Part shown: positions 22,883 through 31,248 of the stretch, one piece after another
Numbering within the stretch: position 1 is the stretch's first letter
Layout of the letters: every line of letters starts with the position of its first letter
Origin: an uncultured Verrucomicrobiae bacterium
Lineage (GTDB): Bacteria; Verrucomicrobiota; Verrucomicrobiia; Chthoniobacterales; Chthoniobacteraceae
Direction of reading: 5' to 3'
Assembly: GCA_963769025.1 (NCBI GenBank)
Contig: CAVYKI010000006.1
Location: forward strand, 544,001 to 608,000
Length of the DNA: 64,000 nt
The notes under the pieces: model-generated
What the model was told of the DNA's origin: nothing
What the model saw: only the letters and a program-made list of their open reading frames with translations
Database searches by the model: none
Translations under genes and position numbers: made by a program

Positions 22883-24286
22883 CTACTGCTTCCTCTTGCC
22901 TTGCTTCACCGGTTGCTGCGGGGTGCCAGCCGGTTCGGGAGTGCGCCCCTGATCGTCCACGTCGATGCTCCATTGGTCGAGCACCGCACGGAGCCGTTTC
23001 AGCTCCCGATGCGCCTCGGGTTTGTCGGACGTGGCGAGGTTGTGGATTTGATGCGGGTCCGCCTCCATGTCGTAGAGTTCCTCTTCCGGCATCGTCGGCT
23101 GGCAGAGGAATTCCTGCGGCGGCGTGAGCTTGCCTTCCGCGTGCAGCTTCTTGAGGAGATTCCAGACGGGATACTGCGTCTCCTTGTAGTTGTTCGCCGC
23201 TAGGAACGGAATTTCCGGGTGGAAATTTCGGATGTAGCGGTAGCGCGCGTCGCGCACGGAACGCAGCCGCATTACAGTCGTGTCGCAGCGGTCGCGCGTG
23301 CCGAAGACGTATTCGCGCGGGGCCTCGGTGAGGTCCCCGAGGAAGATGCGGCCCTGCATTTGCGGCGGCTTTTGCGCACCGGCGATGGCGAGCATCGTCG
23401 GCGCGAGATCGATGCCATCAATGAACCGCCCGTCCACCGAGCCAGGCTTGAAGTTCTTCGGCGCGGGGAAGTTTTTCGGCCAGCGGATGATCATCGGCAC
23501 GATGAATCCCTCCTCGTAGCAGAACTGCTTCGCCCGGGCCATGGACGCACCGTTGTCGCCGAAATAGACGACGACCGTGTTGTCGGCCAGCCCGTCCGCT
23601 TCGAGTTGCGTGAGCAGCAGGCCCATCTTGCGATCGAACTCCGTCGCCGAATCGAGGTACGCGGCCCAGTCCTTCCGCACGATCGGATCGTCCGGGTAGT
23701 ACGGCGGCAGCACCACCTTGGCGGGGTCCGCCTTCGCAGGGGCGTTGTAAATGCGGTGCGTCTCCTTGCAGTTGAGCTGCGCGAAGAACGGCTGATGCGA
23801 TTTCAACTCGTCCCATTTCCCTTTCGGACTATCGAAAGGCACGTCGCCCGGGATGAAGTTCCAGTCCGTCTTGCCCGCGCCTTTGAAACCCCAGCTCTGC
23901 GGCAGCTCGGTGAGATTGGACGTGAAGTATCCCGCGTCGCGCATCCAGCCGGTGAGCAGCCGCACGCCCTCGGGGAGCGGCTTCTTGTTCACCGTGCGGT
24001 GATTGTGCGCGCCGATGCTCACCGCGTACATCCCGGTCATGAAGGAGCTGCGGCTCACCGAGCACACCATGCCCAGATAGGTGTGCGAATAATACACGCC
24101 ATCCTTCGCCAGCTTATCGAGCACCGGCGTCGAGGCCTGCGGCGTGCCCGAGCGGCTCAGCACCTCCGGGCCGGTGTCCTCGGAAATCAGCCAGAGGATG
24201 TTCGGTTTCGCCGGGGTGCCGGATTGTGCGCCGGCGAATGCAGCGGTGAAGATGAGGGCGAGGGTGGCGAAGAGGGGCGTTTTCAT
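22883..24286 (-). CDS. Sulfatase (exported; CSVSR signature)
   Basis: KPNILWLISED, CSVSRSSFMTG, FGDNG, RDRCD and EELYD. Confidence 0.9.
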   Translation of the reverse strand: MKTPLFATLALIFTAAFAGAQSGTPAKPNILWLISEDTGPEVLSRSGTPQASTPVLDKLAKDGVYYSHTYLGMVCSVSRSSFMTGMYAVSIGAHNHRTVNKKPLPEGVRLLTGWMRDAGYFTSNLTELPQSWGFKGAGKTDWNFIPGDVPFDSPKGKWDELKSHQPFFAQLNCKETHRIYNAPAKADPAKVVLPPYYPDDPIVRKDWAAYLDSATEFDRKMGLLLTQLEADGLADNTVVVYFGDNGASMARAKQFCYEEGFIVPMIIRWPKNFPAPKNFKPGSVDGRFIDGIDLAPTMLAIAGAQKPPQMQGRIFLGDLTEAPREYVFGTRDRCDTTVMRLRSVRDARYRYIRNFHPEIPFLAANNYKETQYPVWNLLKKLHAEGKLTPPQEFLCQPTMPEEELYDMEADPHQIHNLATSDKPEAHRELKRLRAVLDQWSIDVDDQGRTPEPAGTPQQPVKQGKRKQ

Positions 24287-24374
24287 GGGTTTTGGGGGAC
24301 AAATGTCCGGCCGGTGGAGTTGGTAAACTGTTGCAATGGAAGAGGCGACAGGACACGGAACTTCCGCATTGGAT

Positions 24375-25978
24375 TCAGATGAGGAGACTGCGTGATGTGT
24401 GGGCGGTTATTCTTTCACCGGCGGAAGTGTGGTCACCATCTTCGCCCCGGTGCGTTTCAGCTCCGCGATCGCTCCGGCGCGGAGTTTTCGCACGATCGCA
24501 TGCGTGTGCGGGATCGGTGGCGAGATTGGTCAGCTCCTCCGGGTCGGCGAGGAGGTCGTAGAGTTCCTCGGGTTCGTTGGGCTCGAGGGTGCGGATGTAT
24601 TTGTGGCGGCCTTCGGCGAGCATCACATACCACGGGATGCCAGTCTTGTGCCGGTTGCCCGGGCGGCGCGGGCACGGCGTCGCAGTCGGCACCAAACTTG
24701 TCGGCCGTGAAGGGAAGCATCGTGGTGTGTGGCCAGACGGCGTCGGGATTCCTTAGTAAAGGCGTGAGGTCGTGACCATGCATCGGCCAGGGCAGATTCG
24801 AGACCTGCGAAGCCGAAGAATGTGGGCGGCAGATCGGCGCCACCGACGGGCGTGCGGCAGACTTTGCCCTCCGGTAGCGTGCCGGGCATGGAGATGATCA
24901 GCGGCGATCGGATATTGGCGTCGTAGGGCGCGAGCTTCGCGCGAAAGCCATGCTGACCCCAAGCGTAGCCTTGGTCGGAGGTGAGGACCACGAGCGTGTT
25001 CGCGAGCTGGCCGCTCTCCTCGAGCGCGGCGAGGACCTTGCCGATGCCTTCGTCCAACGAGCGGACGGCCTGATGATACTGCCGCGACCATGACGACAGC
25101 GAGCGGCCTTGGTCGCGTCCGATGTTGTCCCCGACCTCCTTGCCGAGCGCGTCGGCGCTCAGCACGGGCTCGCCCCCGGGACCGCGGTCCCACGCGGCGA
25201 CCTTCTGCATGTAGCCGGGCTTGCCTGCGCGCGGCGGGTAGATGTCCGCAGGTGTGGAGACGGTGGCGTCGGGGTAGTCGTTGAGATGCCGGTCCGCCGG
25301 CGTGTAGGGCGCGTGGACGCCGCCGAAACAGAGCCACAGGTACCACGGTTTCGCGGCATCGCGGTTCTTGCCTTTGATGTAGTCCACGGCCCAGCCCGTG
25401 TAGTTGTCGGTGGAGTAGCCGGGCACCACCTTTGGCTCCGCGCCGTCGAAGGAAAGGAGCTGGTCGTAATAATAGTTCGGCGAGTTGGCGGGATACTTTG
25501 GCCGGTTCCAGACGATCTGGTGATCCCAGTCGCGGCCGAATCCCGCATCGGTCCCGGAGTGCCACTTGCCGATGTGTGCCGTGTGGTAGCCGTTTTTGCG
25601 GAAAATGGCGGGCCAGAACGGGCACTGCGCGGAATCATATTCGCTTCCGGGATACTCGCCCTCCATGCGCATCGTCCTCGCGCCGTATTGATGCAGCCCG
25701 GTGAGCATCGTCACGCGCGATGGCATGCACCACGTGCCGATGTAAGCGTGGGTAAATCGCACGCCGCGCGAGGCGAGACGGTCCATGTTCGGCGTCTTCG
25801 CCCACGACTCCGCGTGCTCGTAGCAGGAGAGCGTGCGGTAGGAATGGTCGTCGGTGTAGAGGAAAAGGATGTTGGGCCGGGGGCGCGGCGTGTCCCCGGC
25901 TGCCGTGGACGCCACGCCGAGGATGCCCAGCAGCAAGGTGGCGACGAGGGCGAGGGTGGGGGTTCGTTTTGTCGTCAT
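24375..25978 (-). CDS. Sulfatase (exported; several frameshifts in the 3' part)
   Basis: RPNILFLYTDD, CMPSR, GKWH and TSDQG; EELYDLLADPEE in a shifted frame. 3' end approximate. Confidence 0.8.
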
Positions 25979-25984
25979 GAGTTC

Positions 25985-26130
25985 CTATTCTTCGCGGACG
26001 AGCGGGATGGAGATGACCGCCGCGATGGTCTCGACGACGCGGTAGTCGTTCGGGGCGATCTTCGCGAGAATTTTGTTCGCTTCCGATCCCTCATCGACGC
26101 CGGCTTCGAAGCGTTTGCCGGATTTCCTTC
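25985..26130 (-). pseudogene. Probable 3' remnant of a truncated gene upstream of the sulfatase
   Basis: About 45 codons with G/C-ending coding-like usage (...ANKILAKIAPNDYRVVETIAAVISIPLVREE*), stopping 6 nt before the sulfatase ATG; no credible start. Confidence 0.4.
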
Positions 26131-26206
26131 GGCCGTGAAGTTGAGGCGCGCAGCGCATTCCAAAGTACGCCGTTGCAGTGGGAGTGAACGGTGGCGACAT
26201 TTCCAC

Positions 26207-26521
26207 ATGAACACGCAACGCAACATTCGGGTCGCGCTTGGTGCGCTGACCCTTGCCATCACCTGCGTCGCTGCAAGGGCCGACGAAGCCACCGGCGGAT
26301 CGCAATTGGTCCAGCCCGGCTTCGACCGGCTGATACCGACAAGCTACCCGCTGATTCAACCGGACTTCGCGAAGCTCAAGGTTACGACGCGGCCGTCGCA
26401 ATTGATCCAGCCGAGTTTCGAGGAGCTTATACCGACGAGTCATCCGGTTGTCCGGCCGGACCGCTCGAAGTTCCAACCGATCACCTATCCGGTGAATGCT
26501 GCTGCGGTGCCTTTGCCTTAA
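26207..26521 (+). CDS. Small secreted protein with internal 16/32-aa repeats
   Basis: Signal peptide ending AARA; SQLVQPGFDRLIPTSYP and SQLIQPSFEELIPTSHP lie 96 nt apart. Confidence 0.65.
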   Translation: MNTQRNIRVALGALTLAITCVAARADEATGGSQLVQPGFDRLIPTSYPLIQPDFAKLKVTTRPSQLIQPSFEELIPTSHPVVRPDRSKFQPITYPVNAAAVPLP

Positions 26522-26812
26522 CCGCCGATAAATCTCCGAACTCGATCAGGAATCCGCACGTTCAGGCAGTTCGAACGCCGTTGTCCGGCGCTGTGGACGG
26601 TTTCAGTCGCGAGGGAACCGAGGGCTCTCGGAAGCTAAAGCAGACGCCCACAGCAAGGCGGAGGCGACGCGGGCGACATGGGCGAGTTGGGTGACGCGGT
26701 GGTCGGGCAAGTGCGCGTGAAGTTAAAAATTCACGAAACGTTACACCCGCGCGGCAATGCTGACGCGATTCAGGAGGGAAACAGCACCGCAACCTTCCAC
26801 CAAATCAACATC

Positions 26813-26980
26813 ATGCTATCCTGGACCCTCACCTTCCTCGTCATTGCACTCATCGCCGCCATCCTTGGATTTGGCGTGCTCGCCGGGACCGCCGTTTACA
26901 TCGCGAAGGTTATCTTCGTGCTCTTCCTGGTGATGTTCGTCATCTCGCTCATCATGGGGCGCAGAGTGCCTCGCGCCTAG
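26813..26980 (+). CDS. DUF1328 family small membrane protein
   Basis: [35 protein letters not shown]. Confidence 0.9.
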   Translation: MLSWTLTFLVIALIAAILGFGVLAGTAVYIAKVIFVLFLVMFVISLIMGRRVPRA

Positions 26981-27029
26981 GTCGCGGCTGCCACGGAATG
27001 GTCCGGATCCGTTGGCCCGACGCCGCGGA

Positions 27030-27692
27030 TCAGGCGATGGGGAAGACGAGCCTCGTGATCAGTTCCATCGGTTCCGGAGCGAAGCGCCGCTGCACGTCGC
27101 CGTCATCCGCCGCGATGGTGCGTTGTGCCATCCAGAGGCCGATTCCGTAATGTCCGTGGCGCATGGATGCAAAGGGCGCGCGGCCCCACTCGGAGGCGTC
27201 GAGGGGAGCGTCCTTCGGTTCGCGCAGTTCGAAAATGAGCCGTTGATTCTCCACCCGTGCCGCGGCGTGCAACGGCGCGCCGGTGCCGAATGCCTGCGCG
27301 TTGGCGAGCAGCTCGCGGAACACGGTGGCCAGCGCAGTGGCATCCAGATTCACCTGCTCTGTGCCAGGAGGCTCGCTCCACTGCACGGACGGCGCGGGGC
27401 TGAGCGTGGCGAGTTGATCCTGCCAGATGAGGAATAGCTCGCGCGCGGGGTAGGGGGCCCGGGTCGGCTTCGGGTCGGCGAACTTTGTGGCGAGCGCACG
27501 CAGGTCCGCGGCGAGGCGGCGGATCTGCGCTCGGATGCGTGCAACCGCGTCCGTGGCTTCTCCGGGTGGGACGAGTTCGGTGAGCAGCGCGGCTTCCAGA
27601 TCGAGCCCGTTCAGATCATTGCGCACGTCATGGGTATGTTGGCGGATGAACTTCGCGAGGTCCGGCCAATTCAAATCGGGTGGAGCATGCAT
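27030..27692 (-). CDS. Sensor-less histidine kinase-like / phosphotransferase-like protein
   Basis: HDVRNDL H-box, ELLANA N-box and GIGLW G2 box; no DxGxG G1 box and no input domain. Confidence 0.7.
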   Translation of the reverse strand: MHAPPDLNWPDLAKFIRQHTHDVRNDLNGLDLEAALLTELVPPGEATDAVARIRAQIRRLAADLRALATKFADPKPTRAPYPARELFLIWQDQLATLSPAPSVQWSEPPGTEQVNLDATALATVFRELLANAQAFGTGAPLHAAARVENQRLIFELREPKDAPLDASEWGRAPFASMRHGHYGIGLWMAQRTIAADDGDVQRRFAPEPMELITRLVFPIA

Positions 27693-27742
27693 CTCCTCAT
27701 GATACGTGCATCCGCGGTGTTTGGCTGCCCCGATTCCAAGGC

Positions 27743-27907
27743 ATGACAATCACCACCATCCTCCTCGTCATTCTGATCCTCATGCTTATCGGTTCGCTGC
27801 CCACATGGCCGCACAGCGCCAAGTGGGGCTACGGCCCGAGCGGTGGCCTTGGGACGATCCTCCTGATCCTGATCGTCCTCTACTTGTTGGGAGTCATTCC
27901 GAGGTAG
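27743..27907 (+). CDS. DUF3309 family small membrane protein
   Basis: LPTWPHSAKWGYGPSGGLG signature. Confidence 0.9.
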   Translation: MTITTILLVILILMLIGSLPTWPHSAKWGYGPSGGLGTILLILIVLYLLGVIPR

Positions 27908-28019
27908 GCTCCGTCCGGTGTTTGCCGAAACGGAAAGAGTGTCGGACGGCTGACATAAGTGTCGCGAATGACGACATTCCAAACGACCGAGCGCGGCAGC
28001 CAACAGGGTAGAATGCGCG

Positions 28020-28035
28020 TGGCACGCGGAAAGCA
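28020..28035 (+). promoter_or_regulatory. Putative sigma-54 (-24/-12) promoter
   Basis: TGGCACGCGGAAAGCA has GG-N10-GC spacing; directly upstream of the ECF sigma gene. Confidence 0.5.
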
Positions 28036-28047
28036 AAGGAAAGGGCC

Positions 28048-28681
28048 ATGCACTACCCATCCGACACCCAGAGCATCCCAAACCGCCCCGCCTGCGCCGT
28101 GGACGGGCCGACGGACGAAGAACTCATGAAGCGCATCCAAGCTGCGCGACGACAGGGCCATCGCCCTTCTTTATCGCCGGTATACGCCACTTCTAAGGAC
28201 CATCATCGGCCGCATCCTGAACAATGATTGCGATGTGGACGACCAGATCCAGGAGACCTTCCTCGAAGTGTGGCGGCAGGCCGCGCACTACGATGAGGCA
28301 AAAGGCAAAGCTCTCGGCTGGATCGTGACGCTGGCGCGCCGCCGGGCAATCGACAGGTTGCGCAAGAAGCGGACATATTTCCGCGCGCACGAACGGCTCC
28401 GTGAGGAGCCCGAACCGGGGATGCACCCCGGCGCCGACGAGGAAGCGGCTGCCAGCGACACCGCGCACCTCTTTGCAAAGGTGATCGGGACGCTGCCCGC
28501 GGCACAGCGCGATGCGTTGACTTTTACGTTCTACGCCGGGCTCAGCCAGCGCGAGATCGCCGCGCAGACGGGCATCCCGCTCGGCACGATCAAGACGCGG
28601 CTCGAACTCGCCATCCGCAAGATGCGCACCGCGCTTTGCGCCCTCGGTGGCAAGGGCCAGTGGACCTTCTCCCAGTCGTAA
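28048..28681 (+). CDS. ECF RNA polymerase sigma factor (frameshift near 28142)
   Basis: TDEELMKRIQ...LYRRY...QETFLEVW...WIVTLARRRAIDRLRK; region 4 LSQREIA...GIPLGTIKTR. Confidence 0.88.
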
Positions 28682-28684
28682 ACC

Positions 28685-30061
28685 TCAAAGCGCGATCCCG
28701 AACCGCTTGAGCTTTGCGTACAGCGTCGGGCGGTGGATGCCCAGCAGCTCGGCGGCGCGCTTTTTGTTGCCGCCGGCGCGGCGGAGCGCATCGAGCAATG
28801 CCTCGCGCTCCATGCCGCCGAGCGTTTGCGGAGCGCTGCCGTCCGTGAGCGGGGCGGGGGCGAGATCGGGGCGCTGGATTTCGCGAGGGAGACATTGGGG
28901 GATGAGCACCGGGCCGTCGCAGAGCACCAGGGCGTGCTCGATGGCGTTTTGCAGTTCACGCACGTTGCCGGGCCACGGGTAGTCGCGGAGAAGTTCGAGC
29001 ACTTCGGGCGCGAGCTGCGGCATGGGTTTGCCGAGCTGTTCCGCGAAGCGGCGGAGAAAGGTGTCGGTCAGCTTCGGGATGTCCTCGCGGCGCTCGCGCA
29101 GCGGAGGGACTTCAATCTCGAAGGTCTTGAGCCGGAAATAGAGATCCTGCCGCAGGCGCCCTTCTTTCACGGCCTGCGCGGGCGGGCGGTTGCACGCGGC
29201 GATGAGGCGGAAGTCCACCGGCACGTTTTTCACCGAGCCGAGCGGGCGGAATTCGCGGTCCTGGAGCACGCGGAGGAAGCGCGTCTGCAAATCCACCGGC
29301 AGCTCGGTGATCTCGTCGAGAAACAGGGTGCCGCCATTCGCCTCCGACAGCATGCCCGGAAACGCGGCGACCGCGCCGGTGAACGCGCCCTTCACGTAGC
29401 CGAACAGCTCCGACTCGATCATGTTCGCGGGGAATGCGCCGCAATTCAGCTTCACCATTGGCCCGCCGGCGCGTGTGCTCCTGCGATGCACGGATGAGGC
29501 GAAGACCTCCTTGCCCACGCCGCTTTCGCCGGTGAGCAGCACGTTCGCCTCGCTCGGCGCGATGCGCGCGACGAGCTGATCGAGTTCGCGCATCCGCCGG
29601 CTGATTGCCACCGGAGCGAGCTGCTCCTCCGCAGCCGTCAGGCGCTTCTGCAGGGCGTTCTTCTCCTCACGCAGATCCGCGGCCTCCCGCGTGAGGGCCT
29701 GCTGGTCGAGCGCGCGGGTGCAGAGGCTGAGCAGTTCCTCGATGGCGTATGGCTTCGCGAGAAAATGGAAGGCACCCTGCTTGATGGACTCGATCGCGTT
29801 CTCGAGCGAGTCGTTCGCCGTCAGCACGATCACCGGCAGATCGGGATGGTCCGCTTTCAATCCGCGCAGCACTTCCAGGCCGTCGCCATCGGGCAGCCCG
29901 AGATCGAGCAGCACCAGGTCTGGCTTTGCCTCCGCGATTCTTTTCCTTCCTTGCGAGGCATTCGGGCCGATGCGCACCTCGTAGCCATGACGCGGCAGGA
30001 CGGCGCTGAGCGTCGTCTGGATGGTGCGGTCGTCGTCGATGACCACGATGGTCTTCTGCAT
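28685..30061 (-). CDS. Sigma-54-dependent response regulator (REC-AAA+-HTH, NtrC/AtoC-like)
   Basis: LLDLGLPD receiver, GESGVGKE, ESELFG, GAFTGA, WPGNVREL and a Fis-type HTH. Confidence 0.95.
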   Translation of the reverse strand: MQKTIVVIDDDRTIQTTLSAVLPRHGYEVRIGPNASQGRKRIAEAKPDLVLLDLGLPDGDGLEVLRGLKADHPDLPVIVLTANDSLENAIESIKQGAFHFLAKPYAIEELLSLCTRALDQQALTREAADLREEKNALQKRLTAAEEQLAPVAISRRMRELDQLVARIAPSEANVLLTGESGVGKEVFASSVHRRSTRAGGPMVKLNCGAFPANMIESELFGYVKGAFTGAVAAFPGMLSEANGGTLFLDEITELPVDLQTRFLRVLQDREFRPLGSVKNVPVDFRLIAACNRPPAQAVKEGRLRQDLYFRLKTFEIEVPPLRERREDIPKLTDTFLRRFAEQLGKPMPQLAPEVLELLRDYPWPGNVRELQNAIEHALVLCDGPVLIPQCLPREIQRPDLAPAPLTDGSAPQTLGGMEREALLDALRRAGGNKKRAAELLGIHRPTLYAKLKRFGIAL

Positions 30062-30170
30062 AGATCCAGACCCTACACCCCTCGGAGTGAGTCTGGCGAC
30101 CTTTTGAAGGGGCGCGGCTCCGCGATTGGCGTTGCCACGCGTGGAGAGCAGTCTCAGTGTCCCGTTCACC

Positions 30171-31248
30171 GTGGGAACCCCGCTGACCATCCCGACCGAG
30201 CCGATCGGAAGCATTCCGCGGCCGCTGAGCCTCCTCGACGCGATCACCGCCGCCGGGGACGCCCAGGCTCCATCGCTGGATCCGCTCTACGAAGAGGCCG
30301 TGCGCGATACGGTCGAACAGTTTGAAGCCACGGGCTCGCCGGTCATCACCGATGGTGAGCAGAGGAAGTATCACAACTTTTGGACGTACTGCGTGCACGG
30401 ACTGAAGAACACGGCCCCGGATGGATTCAAGATCCCATTTTCCGCTGGCCACACGAGGCGGATGCTGAGGCTTACCTCCGGGCCGTTCCGCTATAAGCGG
30501 TACGCGGACAGCTATCTCGATGTCGCGCTCCGCTACGCGAAGCATCCGGTGAAACAGGCGGTGATTTCGCCCTCGGCGCTGAGCCTCATGTTTCCGGCGG
30601 ACGGGCTGGCGGGGTATTCGCGCGGGGAGTTCATCGACGACCTTCTGCGGGAGCATGAGACGGAGGTCCGGCGCTGTCTGCAGAAGGGAGCCCACAGCGT
30701 GCAGATCGATTTTACCGAGGGCCGGCTGGCGGTGAAAATCGATCCCTCAGGAGACGCTGCTGCACAGCTTCATTGACTTGAACAACCTCGCGCTCGGGCG
30801 CTTTTCGGAAGCGGACCGGATGCGCATCGGCGTGCACACCTGCCCGGGAAGCGACCGCGATTCCACGCACAGCGCGGATGTGGATTACGCGGCCCTGCTG
30901 CCTGCGCTCTTCGAACTGAACGCCGGGAATTTTTTCATCGCACTGGCGACCGAAAAGGATCCCGCCCGCGTTTTAGGAATCATACGGGACTGCATGAAGC
31001 CTCATCACCGCATATTCATCGGCGTCGTAGCGCCCATCGATCCGCGCATCGAGACGCCGGAGGAAATCCGCGACCGCGTCCTGGAAGCGAGCCGCTACAT
31101 TCCAGCGGATCGCCTCGGCACTACGGATGACTGCGGCTTTTCCCCTTTCTGTGACGACCGTTCGACAAGCCGTGAGACGGCCTTTGCAAAAATCCGCGCG
31201 CGGGTTCTCGGGACCGCCCTCGCGGCGCAAGCCATCGGAGGCAGCTAA
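30171..31248 (+). CDS. Cobalamin-independent methionine synthase II family (single-barrel MetE-like) protein (frameshift near 30750)
   Basis: EPIGSIPRP, ITDGEQRK and QIDF; zinc-ligand motifs HTC and DDCGFSP. Start codon uncertain. Confidence 0.85.

Noticed and set aside
26752..26767. Sigma-54 promoter upstream of the DUF1328 gene (CGGCAATGCTGACGCG)
   Set aside because: GG-N10-GC spacing only; flanking consensus is too weak for GC-rich DNA.
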